From NCBI GenBank assembly GCA_021107535.1, contig JAIOSQ010000088.1:11530-35529 (forward strand): a stretch of DNA of 24,000 nucleotides, in the 5' to 3' direction. Shown piece after piece: positions 1 to 9,420 of the stretch. Positions within the stretch are counted from its first letter, which is position 1. Each line of letters starts with the position of its first letter. The translations under genes and the position numbers were made by a program. The notes beneath the pieces are model-generated. The model was given only the letters and a program-made list of their open reading frames with translations. It searched no databases and was not told where the DNA came from. The DNA comes from Bacteroidales bacterium. Lineage in GTDB: Bacteria; Bacteroidota; Bacteroidia; Bacteroidales; B18-G4.

Positions 1-926
1 TTTGAATAAGCGATAACCGAACCGGTGAAATATGCCGAGCTACCTGGTATGCTGGTGATGAGGTGTGCGATATACCCTCCCGTGCAGCTTTCAGCTGTTG
101 CAAGGGTTTTACCCTGTTCCTTCAGCAATTTTCCCACAATTTCCTCGAGCGTGTCTTCCCCATATCCGAAAATCAGGTCAGGGATCAGTACTCTAAGCTC
201 TTTCACCTTTTCATCCAATTCTTTACTGAGCATTTCCTGATCACTTCCTGTTCCGCTCAATCGAAGTCTGACGATGCCCGGCTGAGGCAAGTATGCCAGC
301 TTCATATGATCCGGTAGCTTTTCTTCCCAGTCTTTGATCATCTCCGAAAGAAATGATTCTCCGACTCCCTGGGTAAGTATCTTTTTATAGAGTATATGCA
401 AGCCGTTCAATCTTTTAGTAAGTTCGGGAAGAACTTGATCTGAGAGCATGGCTTTCATCTCATAAGGGACACCCGGCATGGAAACAAAAACCCGGCCTTC
501 TTTCTCGAACCACATGCCCGGAGCGGTTCCGTTCTTATTGGTGATGGGAATACAGTTATGCGGGATTTCGGCCTGTTTGCGGTTTACTTCCAGTATGGGC
601 AATCCCCGCTCCCTGAATAGTTTTTCCACATACCTGAATGAGGGCTCATGGAAAAGCAGCTTTGAATCAAAATATTCGCAAAGGGTATTTTTTGTTATGT
701 CATCACGTGTCGGTCCGAGCCCTCCGGTAATAAGAATTACATCCGCTCGCAGGAAAGCATCATCCAGTGATTGCAGGATATCTTCCCTGGTATCGGAAAT
801 TGTTGTGATCCTAACAACCTCAATTTTTGCAAGACTCAGTTGTTCGGCCATCCAGGAAGCATTTGTGTTGATTACCTGTCCGATCAGCAACTCATCGCCT
901 ATGCTAATAATTTCCGCCTTCATCAT
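1..926 (-). CDS. cinA: CinA-family competence/damage-inducible protein (MoCF-type N-terminal domain plus the start of the PncC-type nicotinamide-nucleotide amidohydrolase domain). The 3' end lies beyond the window.
   Basis: Absent from the ORF track because it runs off the left edge. My reverse-complement translation from ATGATG (926-921) gives [30 protein letters not shown]...[16 protein letters not shown]...[29 protein letters not shown]...[33 protein letters not shown], open to position 1. These are CinA signature motifs. The + strand ORFs 25-240, 63-317 and 478-936 are its antisense shadows. Confidence 0.85.
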   Translation of the reverse strand, partial: MMKAEIISIGDELLIGQVINTNASWMAEQLSLAKIEVVRITTISDTREDILQSLDDAFLRADVILITGGLGPTRDDITKNTLCEYFDSKLLFHEPSFRYVEKLFRERGLPILEVNRKQAEIPHNCIPITNKNGTAPGMWFEKEGRVFVSMPGVPYEMKAMLSDQVLPELTKRLNGLHILYKKILTQGVGESFLSEMIKDWEEKLPDHMKLAYLPQPGIVRLRLSGTGSDQEMLSKELDEKVKELRVLIPDLIFGYGEDTLEEIVGKLLKEQGKTLATAESCTGGYIAHLITSIPGSSAYFTGSVIAYS

Positions 927-958
927 ACTTACATAAAAAATAAGTTGTGTTGAGTGCG

Positions 959-966
959 CAAAGTTA
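959..966 (-). promoter_or_regulatory. Candidate Bacteroidota sigma-A -7 box (TAACTTTG) for cinA
   Basis: Exact TAnnTTTG match on the minus strand, 32 nt upstream of the cinA ATG, inside the 55-nt divergent intergenic region. Confidence 0.35.
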
Positions 967-968
967 TT

Positions 969-976
969 TAAATTTG
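969..976 (+). promoter_or_regulatory. Candidate -7 box (TAAATTTG) for the nucleoside phosphorylase gene; the spacing implies a leaderless or near-leaderless mRNA
   Basis: Exact TAnnTTTG match on the + strand, ending 5 nt before the ATG at 982. Confidence 0.25.
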
Positions 977-981
977 TTCTG

Positions 982-1860
982 ATGAAAAAGCTTACAGCGT
1001 CGGAGTTAATTCTTAATCCTGACGGAAGTTTGTATCATATACATCTTCGTCCGGAACATCTTGCGAAAAAGATCATCCTTGTCGGGGACCCTCAGCGGGT
1101 TCCTATGGTCTCGGCATTTTTCGACAAGATCGATTTTATGTTTGAGAACAGGGAGATCGTAACGCATACCGGCTATTTGAATAAAGAACGTCTTACGGTG
1201 ATGTCAACAGGCATGGGCCCCGATAATATTGATATTGTTCTTAATGAACTGGATGCCCTGGTCAATGTCGATCTGATCACACGTACCATAAAACCTAAAC
1301 ACACCAGTCTCGATATTGTTCGCCTGGGCACCTCCGGGGCCGTGCAGGCTGATATTCCTGTCGACTCTTTTGGGCTATCCACGCATGGGCTTGGGATGGA
1401 CGGGCTGCTTCATTTTTATGCCCACCGTTATGTGTGTGACAGAAAAATGACTGAGGCTTTCAGAAAACATACGCGCTGGCCCAAAAAACTGCCGTCACCT
1501 TATGCGGTAAAAGCTTCCGGCATACTCAGGGAGAAACTCGGGGAAGGCTTTATTCATGGCATCACCATCACCGCTCCCGGTTTTTACGGCCCGCAGGGGA
1601 GGGAAGTCAGACTTAAGACTGCTTATCCGAAGCTGAACCAACGAATTAGTACCTTCAGGTATAAAGATCAGCGCATTATCAATTTCGAAATGGAAACCTC
1701 TGCCCTTTATGCACTTGGGAAAATGCTTGGACACAACACCCTTACTGTTTGTGCCATTATTGCCAACAGGATGACAGAAAAATACTCTCGTAACCCGAAA
1801 GAGGCTGTTATGCGACTGACGAAACTTTTACTTGGAAGGCTCTGTGAGAACAAGGAATAA
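982..1860 (+). CDS. Nucleoside phosphorylase, PNP/UDP-1 family (uridine/purine nucleoside phosphorylase-like)
   Basis: 292-aa ORF with family-typical motifs: [42 protein letters not shown]. Confidence 0.8.
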   Translation: MKKLTASELILNPDGSLYHIHLRPEHLAKKIILVGDPQRVPMVSAFFDKIDFMFENREIVTHTGYLNKERLTVMSTGMGPDNIDIVLNELDALVNVDLITRTIKPKHTSLDIVRLGTSGAVQADIPVDSFGLSTHGLGMDGLLHFYAHRYVCDRKMTEAFRKHTRWPKKLPSPYAVKASGILREKLGEGFIHGITITAPGFYGPQGREVRLKTAYPKLNQRISTFRYKDQRIINFEMETSALYALGKMLGHNTLTVCAIIANRMTEKYSRNPKEAVMRLTKLLLGRLCENKE

Positions 1861-1865
1861 AGAGC

Positions 1866-2726
1866 TTAATCACTTTTACTTGTAAGCAGGTCATCTACAT
1901 TCTCCGGGATGTAATTACGGATAATGTTACTCACCATATTCACATATTCTTCTCCTTTGGCAGAGTATCTTGATAAGCCCTGGGCAAGGCTGAGGGGATC
2001 GATGGATTTATTCCCATTCCGGAGCTTTGCACGGGTCTCGCGAAGGCCACGGTACGCAAAGCCGGTATTTAGTATCCACAGATAATCTTCTATTCCTGCC
2101 ATCTCGCTTGCATAGGTTTTTACATAAAAATCCGCACTGTCATTACCTGCCGGCCTCACTCCACAGCCTTCGGTATAACAGTGTACTCCGAAATAGTTGT
2201 TGTCGTTACGGGCAAAGCCTGAGCTTCCCCAGCCGGATTCAATTATGGCTTGCGCCATAACCAGTCTCAGGGGAATGATATCTGCACGCTTCAGTAGTTT
2301 ATTTATTGTATTGAGGAGGTCTGAAAGTGGCGGGGACGGAGATGTAGCAACAGGATCGATCCGGTATTTCCTTAAGAATGAATTGAGTGTATGCAAATGT
2401 TCAGCACCTGCCTGGCCAGCATCTTTCAGCGTGTCTCTCAGGTCCAGAATGTCATTCCGTTGCTGCAGGATCTTATTGTTTGCAGTGTGTATCTCCGGCA
2501 GGAAACGTGCCAGAAAAGTTTTATGAGATTCGGGGATTTTCCTTACTGTGGTGATGTCTCCAGGAACAATTTTATTCGCTGGTATAATATCATGCCGCAC
2601 TGCCGGGCCACTGCAAAATTGCATGATGAAAAAAACAAATACCAGGAAAAACTGTTTAAATGTCAGTTGATAACGTATTCCGATTTTTTTCAAAATTGCT
2701 GAATTTAGTATTAAATTTGAATACAA
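1866..2726 (-). CDS. Glucosaminidase-domain protein (mannosyl-glycoprotein endo-beta-N-acetylglucosaminidase / FlgJ-like peptidoglycan hydrolase), secreted or lipoprotein
   Basis: Contains AQAIIESGWGSSGFARNDNNYFGV, the core of the glucosaminidase domain. The N-terminal hydrophobic segment FFLVFVFFIMQFCSG looks like a signal or lipoprotein peptide. The track start at 2726 is a TTG. A second in-frame TTG at 2693 gives a more typical MKKIGIRYQLTFKQFF... N-terminus, so the start is uncertain. Confidence 0.8.
   Translation of the reverse strand: MYSNLILNSAILKKIGIRYQLTFKQFFLVFVFFIMQFCSGPAVRHDIIPANKIVPGDITTVRKIPESHKTFLARFLPEIHTANNKILQQRNDILDLRDTLKDAGQAGAEHLHTLNSFLRKYRIDPVATSPSPPLSDLLNTINKLLKRADIIPLRLVMAQAIIESGWGSSGFARNDNNYFGVHCYTEGCGVRPAGNDSADFYVKTYASEMAGIEDYLWILNTGFAYRGLRETRAKLRNGNKSIDPLSLAQGLSRYSAKGEEYVNMVSNIIRNYIPENVDDLLTSKSD
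2712..2719 (+). promoter_or_regulatory. Candidate -7 box (TAAATTTG) for the transglutaminase-like gene
   Basis: Exact TAnnTTTG match 68 nt upstream of the ATG at 2788. It is intergenic only if the glucosaminidase gene starts at 2693 rather than 2726. Confidence 0.3.
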
Positions 2727-2787
2727 TAATAAGGATAATTATTATCAGATAACTACTAAGTACAGGTTTCGGATTAAGAACGGCTAA

Positions 2788-3666
2788 ATGCAAAATGATA
2801 AGCAACATAAAGAACTTAAGGCCCTGATAAGCCTGCTGGATGAGCCGGATGCGGAAGTGTATGAACAGATCAGCTCGAAAATACATGCATACGGTACTGA
2901 TGCCATCCCGGTGCTGGAAGAAAGCTGGGAACAATCTTTTGATCCTTTGCTTCAGGAACGGATCGAAGAGATCATTCACCTTATCCAGCTGGATGACCTT
3001 TATGCGGAATTGTACAGTTGGGCACAATTTGGGAATGATGACCTCATGAGGGGATTTATGCTGGCTGCACGCTATCAGTATCCGGACCTTGATGCTGAAA
3101 AGATCATCAAACAGGTGGGACAACTGGTGCAGGATGTCTGGCTTGAGCTAAACACCAACCTCACTGCACTGGAGAAGATCAAGGTCGTGAATCATATCCT
3201 GTTTGATGTTCATAAATTCAGGGGGAATAAAAGTAATATCAAGAGCCCCGACAACCTTTATCTGAATATACTGCTTGAAACGAAAAAAGGCAATCCGCTT
3301 TCTATTGGAATCTTGTATATCGTCATTGCAAGAAGCCTGAAACTTCCCGTTTATGGGGTAGATCTTCCCAATCATTTTGTTCTGGCTTATATGGATGTTG
3401 GTGAGAATATGAACCTTGCAAGCAACGAAAGCGACGATCATGCCATCTTTTACGTAAATCCGTTCAACCGTGGGATGCTGTTTACCCATAACGAAATTGA
3501 AGCATATATCAAGCAAATGAAGTTGCCGCATAATGACAGCTATTTCCAGGCTTGCGATAATCTAACTATCATCCGGCGTTTATTCGGAGAACTTATTAGT
3601 CTCCATCAGGAACTGGGAAATAAAGAGAAGGTGGAAGAACTCAGGAAACTGGGAAGTGCCATTTAA
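2788..3666 (+). CDS. Transglutaminase-like superfamily protein (SirB1/YchA-like, Transglut_core2 type)
   Basis: 292-aa ORF. The central region LYLNILLETKKGNPLSIGILYIVIARSLKLPVYGVDLPNHFVLAY matches the pattern I associate with SirB1-family transglutaminase-like proteins. Called from memory only. Confidence 0.6.
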   Translation: MQNDKQHKELKALISLLDEPDAEVYEQISSKIHAYGTDAIPVLEESWEQSFDPLLQERIEEIIHLIQLDDLYAELYSWAQFGNDDLMRGFMLAARYQYPDLDAEKIIKQVGQLVQDVWLELNTNLTALEKIKVVNHILFDVHKFRGNKSNIKSPDNLYLNILLETKKGNPLSIGILYIVIARSLKLPVYGVDLPNHFVLAYMDVGENMNLASNESDDHAIFYVNPFNRGMLFTHNEIEAYIKQMKLPHNDSYFQACDNLTIIRRLFGELISLHQELGNKEKVEELRKLGSAI

Positions 3667-3723
3667 ATGCATTGATAAAACTGATTAATTCATAATTTAG
3701 CTCTTTTATACAGTTTCTCATTT

Positions 3724-4986
3724 ATGTTTAAGTATTTCAGACGGTCAGAATATTTCAGAAATGTTTTTACGCTCATGAGCGGGGCAGCCATTGCCCAGGC
3801 CATTCCCTTTTTGATCTCTCCTGTGTTAAGCCGCCTCTATACCCCTGAAGAATTTGGTGCTTTTGCTTTTTACATGTCAATAGTAGGGGCTTTCGCAATT
3901 ATAGCCACGCTACGCTATGAGATGGCAGTCATCATGCCAAAAGAAGATACAGATGCTGTAAATATTGCCGGACTTGCCTTTCTTATCGATATCTTTCTGA
4001 GCCTTTTCCTGTTGATAGCGATCATAATACTGGAAATAACCCTGTTGGAGTACTTTTCGATCAGCCATATATTAAAGATCTGGCTATATTTCCTTCCTCT
4101 TTTTGTTTTTCTGATTGGATCAGTTAATATCTTCCAGCATTGGTTTAACAGGAACAAACGCTATAAAAGCCTGGCATCGGCCAAGGTGGTCAACTCCCTG
4201 GGAAATAATGTCACCATTCTGCTTCTGGGCTTTGTGGGTGCAGGTGCGTGGGGACTGCTCATCGGCAACATGCTTGGGCTCATTCTCTTCAATGCTTTCT
4301 TTATTATTAAGATCTATGTCCTTGATCGTAATAAATTCAAATTTTTCAACAAGACTTCTCTCCGTCCGCTTGCAAAAAAGTATAAAGACCTGCCCATTGC
4401 CAATTCTCCACAGTCATTCGCAGAAATGCTGCAGATGAACGGCATCATTTATTTATTGAAGATATTTTTTAATTCCACCGTAATTGGTTGGTATTCTTTT
4501 TCTCTGCGTATCCTCCAGGCACCTATGTGGCTAATAGTAACTTCTATTGCCCAGGTGTTTTATAAAGACGCTTCTGAAAAATACAATACTGATGGCAATA
4601 TTTTTGGACCGGTTATCAAAACGATCAAGATAACTTCAGTAGTTGGCTTACCGATACTGTTGGTGCTACTCCTGGTAGGTCCCTGGCTTTTTGCATTAGT
4701 TTTTGGAGAACCATGGAGGGAAGCAGGAGTATATGCAAGAATCCTGGCTCCATGGATGTATTTCGACTTCATCCGCTATTCCATTGCCCAGGCGCCACTG
4801 ATCGTTTCCAAGATCAAACCCATGTTTTTCCTGTCACTCATCGGTAATGCTTTTGTGATCCTCTCTATAACCACTGGGGCATATGTTTTTGGGGATGTAC
4901 GCATAGCATTTGTATTTTTATCGTCGTTTATGGTCGTTTATGATATTGGGATCATATTATGGATCCTAAAAATAGTTAGAACCTAA
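3724..4986 (+). CDS. Polysaccharide/oligosaccharide flippase, MOP superfamily (Wzx-like)
   Basis: 420-aa polytopic membrane protein with about 12 hydrophobic segments. The N-terminus, F..LMSGAAIAQAIPFLISPVLSRLYTPEEFG, is typical of the Polysacc_synt family. It is the first gene of a tightly packed four-gene operon. Confidence 0.75.
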   Translation: MFKYFRRSEYFRNVFTLMSGAAIAQAIPFLISPVLSRLYTPEEFGAFAFYMSIVGAFAIIATLRYEMAVIMPKEDTDAVNIAGLAFLIDIFLSLFLLIAIIILEITLLEYFSISHILKIWLYFLPLFVFLIGSVNIFQHWFNRNKRYKSLASAKVVNSLGNNVTILLLGFVGAGAWGLLIGNMLGLILFNAFFIIKIYVLDRNKFKFFNKTSLRPLAKKYKDLPIANSPQSFAEMLQMNGIIYLLKIFFNSTVIGWYSFSLRILQAPMWLIVTSIAQVFYKDASEKYNTDGNIFGPVIKTIKITSVVGLPILLVLLLVGPWLFALVFGEPWREAGVYARILAPWMYFDFIRYSIAQAPLIVSKIKPMFFLSLIGNAFVILSITTGAYVFGDVRIAFVFLSSFMVVYDIGIILWILKIVRT

Positions 4987-4996
4987 TCCGGGAATT

Positions 4997-5614
4997 ATGG
5001 TATTACACGATAAGATCATTGACAAACATAATCTCCTTCCAGGGATTGAGAATATGGAATGGCTGGCCATTGAACTGGGTTGTGGCCAGAAAAAAATGAG
5101 TGAGGATGTGATAGGCATAGATGCCATTAACACAGAGGCTGCTGATATCATTGCTGACATCAGTCAGGGATTGAATTTCCTTCCGGATAATAGCGTGGAT
5201 ATAATCTATTCCAATCACGTACTTGAGCATTTCGATGACCTGGGTTTTATCATGGGAGAGATTTATCGGGTTTTAAAGCCGGGAGGTAAAACAATTGGGC
5301 AGGTACCGCATTTCTCTAATCCCTATTATTACAGCGACCCCACCCATAAAACAACCTTTGGATTGTATACATTTTCTTATTTTACCTCCGAACAACAGTT
5401 CAAAAGAAAGGTGCCGTCGTTTTACAATGATTACAATTTTAAACTGACCAAGATCAAAATAATTTTTTATTCACCTTTTAAGTTGATTAATGTGCTGAGA
5501 AAAATATTTACACTTGTTTTTAATTCCTCACGGCTTATGCAGGAATATTACGAAGGCAGTCTTAGCACGGTTATCCCGGCTCATGAAATTGAATTCGAAC
5601 TGGAAAAATCATAA
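4997..5614 (+). CDS. Class I SAM-dependent methyltransferase (Methyltransf_11-like)
   Basis: Motif I AIELGCGQ, acidic loop IGIDA, and post-I/II motifs HVLEHF and LKPGG. It lies inside the glycosyltransferase operon. Confidence 0.75.
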   Translation: MVLHDKIIDKHNLLPGIENMEWLAIELGCGQKKMSEDVIGIDAINTEAADIIADISQGLNFLPDNSVDIIYSNHVLEHFDDLGFIMGEIYRVLKPGGKTIGQVPHFSNPYYYSDPTHKTTFGLYTFSYFTSEQQFKRKVPSFYNDYNFKLTKIKIIFYSPFKLINVLRKIFTLVFNSSRLMQEYYEGSLSTVIPAHEIEFELEKS

Positions 5615-5620
5615 GATGGA

Positions 5621-6457
5621 ATGGTTGAAAAGAGAGCGTTTATTAAGGAGCTTAGCATCATCATTGTGAATTACAATGGGGGCGAATTATTATTGAATTG
5701 CATTAACAGCCTCACGAAATATCTTCCTTTTGGCTTTGAAGTGATCGTTTTTGATAATAATTCCAGTGACAATTCTGCTGATAAACTTGAGCAACAGTTT
5801 GCGGATGAGAGTTTCTTAACCCTGATCAGATCAGACGTAAATTATGGCTTTGCCAGGGCAAACAACCTGGCTGCTGAAAAGGCAGAGGGGAGCTATCTTC
5901 ACTTCTTAAACCCTGATGTATTGATAAATTCCCAGATGGCTGAAGATTATGGCATGATCATAAATGGCAATAAGAAAGGGATATTCGTGACCGGCCTCAT
6001 CGATAATGAAGGCCGCGTCCAGAAAATGCAACACCTCATCCCCACCTTGGGGAATTATTTCAAGGCCTTATTTTGCAGCGGAAAGGCAGCATTATGGAAT
6101 ATTGGGGCCAGCGTGATCATGGATACTTTAACATTCAAGGACCTCGGCGGATGGGCAGAAGATTATTTCATGTATGCGGAAGACCTCGACCTCTTTTATC
6201 TTGCGCACAAAAAGAAAATACCAATCACCTACATTGACAGCACCATCACCCATATTGGCAAAGGCTCGAGTGAAACTGTTTGGTCTGGTCTGGAAAGAGC
6301 CACACTGATCGAACGGTCGACGCGAAAATTTTACACCAAATACAAGATGGGCTGGCAGTATTATATTATCCGCCCGATACAATTAATATATATTCTGATA
6401 AATGAGCCGAAAAATTTTGGAATTACTGTAAAAGCAATATTAAATTCATTCTCCTAA
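5621..6457 (+). CDS. Glycosyltransferase family 2
   Basis: Motifs IIIVNYNG, VFDNNSSDNS, YGFARANN and YAEDLDL (DxD-type), typical of GT2 rhamnosyltransferase-like enzymes. Confidence 0.8.
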   Translation: MVEKRAFIKELSIIIVNYNGGELLLNCINSLTKYLPFGFEVIVFDNNSSDNSADKLEQQFADESFLTLIRSDVNYGFARANNLAAEKAEGSYLHFLNPDVLINSQMAEDYGMIINGNKKGIFVTGLIDNEGRVQKMQHLIPTLGNYFKALFCSGKAALWNIGASVIMDTLTFKDLGGWAEDYFMYAEDLDLFYLAHKKKIPITYIDSTITHIGKGSSETVWSGLERATLIERSTRKFYTKYKMGWQYYIIRPIQLIYILINEPKNFGITVKAILNSFS

Positions 6458-6458
6458 G

Positions 6459-7577
6459 ATGAAACGAGTATTATTCATGGCCGATGCGTATTCAGTTCAC
6501 ACCTACAAGTGGGCCACCTCCCTTTCGGAACTCGGGTATAAGATCTGCATTTTTTCTCTTCGGCAGGATGACAAAAACAGCTTCAATTATAGAGAGGAAA
6601 TAGAAATTATACACCATGTACTCTCAAAGGATGTTATAAGGCAAAAAAGCGGAAGTATTTTTAAACTAAAGTACCTTGGAGCACTCAGGCATTTGCGAAA
6701 GACAATTAAAGACTTTAAACCGTCTATCATTCATGCACACTATGCCAGCAGTTATGGACTTCTGGGAGCATTGAGCGGATTCCACCCCTTGCTGATCTCA
6801 TTGTGGGGAAGCGACATTTATGATTTTCCACAAAGGTCATTTCTTCACAAAAGGATCTTAAAATACAATCTACGCAAGGCCGATGTGGTCTTGTCCACCA
6901 GCAAGGCAATGGCAGGTGAAGCTGGGAAGTATACGCAAAACCCAATTGAAATTACGCCTTTTGGTATTGATATCGATATTTTTAAGCCAATAAAAACTGA
7001 AAGTGTTTTTGGCCCGGAGGATATTGTGATAGGAACAGTTAAGGCGCTGGAGGAAATCTATGGGATTGATTACCTGATAAGGGCTTTTAAATTGCTGAAG
7101 CAAAAACACCCTTCCAAATCGCTTAAGCTGCTGATCGTTGGTGAAGGATCGCAAAAACAGCAACTTATAGATCTTGTTTCAGCATTCCGCCTTGAAGATA
7201 ATGTAGTGTTTCCCGGCTGGGTAAGACATGAAAAACTTCCCGTATATATTAATATGATCGATGTTTTTGTTGTTTTATCGCGTAACGAGAGTTTTGGTGT
7301 AGCTGTACTTGAGGCCTCTTCATGCGGAAAGGCAGTGGTGGTGTCTGATGTGGGTGGATTGCCTGAGGTAGTGAAGGATAAGGAAACAGGCATGGTGGTG
7401 CCATCAGGAGACGTAGAAGCGGCATCACAGGCCATCGGAAGCCTGATCACAGATGAACAATTGCGTATGGAATTCGGTAATGCTGGCAGAAAAAGAGTAC
7501 AGGAATTTTACAACTGGCATGATAGTGTGAAACAAATGGCTGATATTTACGAAAAGCTAATTAGGCCTGAGAAATAA
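6459..7577 (+). CDS. Glycosyltransferase family 4 (GT-B fold, Glycos_transf_1)
   Basis: C-terminal EASSCGKAVVVSDVGGLPEVV...G (E-x7-E type motif). The start is 1 nt after the GT2 stop. Confidence 0.8.
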   Translation: MKRVLFMADAYSVHTYKWATSLSELGYKICIFSLRQDDKNSFNYREEIEIIHHVLSKDVIRQKSGSIFKLKYLGALRHLRKTIKDFKPSIIHAHYASSYGLLGALSGFHPLLISLWGSDIYDFPQRSFLHKRILKYNLRKADVVLSTSKAMAGEAGKYTQNPIEITPFGIDIDIFKPIKTESVFGPEDIVIGTVKALEEIYGIDYLIRAFKLLKQKHPSKSLKLLIVGEGSQKQQLIDLVSAFRLEDNVVFPGWVRHEKLPVYINMIDVFVVLSRNESFGVAVLEASSCGKAVVVSDVGGLPEVVKDKETGMVVPSGDVEAASQAIGSLITDEQLRMEFGNAGRKRVQEFYNWHDSVKQMADIYEKLIRPEK

Positions 7578-7606
7578 AATGAGATCACACTGAATTATGT
7601 GCACAT

Positions 7607-8194
7607 TCAGATAATCTTCAGGAAGGTTTTCATCATGATGGTAAGGTCGGTGGTAAATGATCGCTCCCTTATGTATTTCAGGTTAAGCTCCAGTTTCGCC
7701 GGCATGATCACTGTGATATATACCCTGTCCGGGTCATCACTTTGCCCCAGGATACTGTCTTCATCAATATACTCCAGCGAAGCGTAATCCGTAAGCCCGG
7801 GCCTGACACTTAATACTTTCATCTGCTCCGCTGAGTATAGTTCAACATATTTGCGCACTTCCGGCCGTGGGCCTACAAAACTCATATTCCCTTTCAGGAT
7901 GTTCAGCATCTGTGGCAACTCATCTAATTTGGTTTTTCGGAGAAACTTACCTGCCCGGGTTACCCGCGGGTCATGATCGCCAATGGTAAGCAATCCAAAT
8001 GTATCTGATTCCGGCCGCATGCTGCGGAATTTGTACATGCGGAAATCCCTGTTGTTTTTTCCAACCCTTGATTGTAAATAAAAAACGCCACCGCGGGAGT
8101 CGATCATTATCCAAATGGAAATGATGATAAAGACAGGCAATAATATAACTATGAAAGCCAGGGACATGAATATGTCAAACAAATGCTTTAGCAT
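7607..8194 (-). CDS. Small monotopic phosphoglycosyl transferase (bacterial sugar transferase; PglC/WcfS-like initiating enzyme)
   Basis: 195 aa with a single N-terminal membrane segment and the motifs YKFRSM, LDELPQ and SFVGPRPE that define the Bac_transf family. Confidence 0.85.
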   Translation of the reverse strand: MLKHLFDIFMSLAFIVILLPVFIIISIWIMIDSRGGVFYLQSRVGKNNRDFRMYKFRSMRPESDTFGLLTIGDHDPRVTRAGKFLRKTKLDELPQMLNILKGNMSFVGPRPEVRKYVELYSAEQMKVLSVRPGLTDYASLEYIDEDSILGQSDDPDRVYITVIMPAKLELNLKYIRERSFTTDLTIMMKTFLKII

Positions 8195-8196
8195 GA

Positions 8197-9405
8197 TCAG
8201 AGTACTTCTTCCACCGATTCAATTACTGTACTGATAACCGTTTGAACCTGCTTATCGTTCAGGTCATAGTATACGGGTAAGGTGATCACATGGCTGAAAT
8301 TTTCATAACTGACAGGGTAATCATCTATCGTATATCCGGCATTTTTATAATAGCTCAGCATGGGAAGAGGAATGAAATGCACATTTACCGAAACCTGCCT
8401 GTCAAAGATCCTGCTAATGATGCTGTTCCTCTGCACTTCATCAATTCTTTTTATCCTGAGCAGGTAAACGTGGTATGAGGATGTTTTTTCAGCAGTTTCA
8501 TATGGAGGAAGAATGGCCCAATCCTTATTAGCAAACCCTTGGCTGTACAGGTCAAATATCTGCTTTCTTCTCACCAGCATGTCTTTATCGTACCGTTGTA
8601 GCTCTACTATGCCCATCGCTGCCTGTATGTCGGTCATATTATATTTGTAACCGGCTTCTATCACATCGTATTGCCAGTTGCCAGCCTTGGTTTTAGCCAG
8701 GGCATCTTTGGTTTGGCCATGGAGCGACTTAATACATAAATATTTATATACCTCTTCATTGTTGAAAGGTTCAGGAAGGTTCAGGCATACTGCTCCACCT
8801 TCGGCAGTGGTCATGTTTTTAACGGCATGGAAAGAAAAAACGCTGATATCGGTGAGTGTTCCTGTTTTCTTTCCTTGGTATCTGGCGCCGATGGAATGCG
8901 CGGCATCTGAGAGTACCAGGATCCTTCCAAGCATTTCCTGTTCCTGTGTTTTAGGAGTGAACATCTTTCGAATGACATTATCCCTCACACATTTGTTTAT
9001 CTCAACGTAATCACAGGGAAACCCTGCAAGGTCAACAGGAATGACCACTTTCGTAGCCGGCGTGATGGCCTGCCTGATTTTTTTGGTATCAATGTTGAAA
9101 TCTGTTCCTGAATCTACAAAAATCGGCTTTGCGCCACAATGAACCACTACATTGGCCGTGGCAGAATAAGTGTATGCCGGAACGATCACCTCATCACCTT
9201 CACCCACGCCGAACCAGCGGAGCATCAATTCAAGTCCTGATGATCCTGAATTTACGCAGAGGGTGGACTCATGTCCGCAATATGCACTGATCATTTTCTC
9301 AAATTGCTTGGTTCGCGGACCGGTAGTGATCCATCCGGATTTAAGGGCAGCGGTTACCTCATCAATGACTTTCTGATCGATGCGTGGCGGGGAAAATGGG
9401 ATCAT
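8197..9405 (-). CDS. DegT/DnrJ/EryC1/StrS-family PLP-dependent sugar aminotransferase (PglE/WcfR-like)
   Basis: 402 aa. The N-terminus ...AALKSGWITTGPRTKQFE and the PLP-lysine motif FSFHAVKNMTTAEGG are family signatures. Its stop is 2 nt before the downstream transferase start. Confidence 0.85.
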   Translation of the reverse strand: MIPFSPPRIDQKVIDEVTAALKSGWITTGPRTKQFEKMISAYCGHESTLCVNSGSSGLELMLRWFGVGEGDEVIVPAYTYSATANVVVHCGAKPIFVDSGTDFNIDTKKIRQAITPATKVVIPVDLAGFPCDYVEINKCVRDNVIRKMFTPKTQEQEMLGRILVLSDAAHSIGARYQGKKTGTLTDISVFSFHAVKNMTTAEGGAVCLNLPEPFNNEEVYKYLCIKSLHGQTKDALAKTKAGNWQYDVIEAGYKYNMTDIQAAMGIVELQRYDKDMLVRRKQIFDLYSQGFANKDWAILPPYETAEKTSSYHVYLLRIKRIDEVQRNSIISRIFDRQVSVNVHFIPLPMLSYYKNAGYTIDDYPVSYENFSHVITLPVYYDLNDKQVQTVISTVIESVEEVL

Positions 9406-9420
9406 AGTCTGACTTTTTTA

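Noticed and set aside
478-936. 152-aa + strand ORF (with 25-240, 63-317 and 771-953) covering the left end of the window
   Set aside because: These are antisense shadows of the minus-strand cinA gene, whose translation carries clear CinA motifs over the full 1-926 span. The + strand products are low-complexity Ser/Cys/Phe-rich sequences with no recognisable motif.
2656-3123. 155-aa minus-strand ORF overlapping the transglutaminase-like gene
   Set aside because: It lies mostly inside (antisense to) a longer ORF with a family-like sequence, extending upstream only into the intergenic spacer and the glucosaminidase 5' end. Its composition is typical of antisense frames (Ile/Leu/Phe/Lys-rich) and it has no motifs.
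7590-7610. Hairpin CTGAAT-N9-ATTCAG between the convergent GT4 and PGT genes as a bidirectional terminator
   Set aside because: It has only a 6-bp AT-rich stem, no flanking U/A tracts, and overlaps the PGT stop codon. It is too weak to call.
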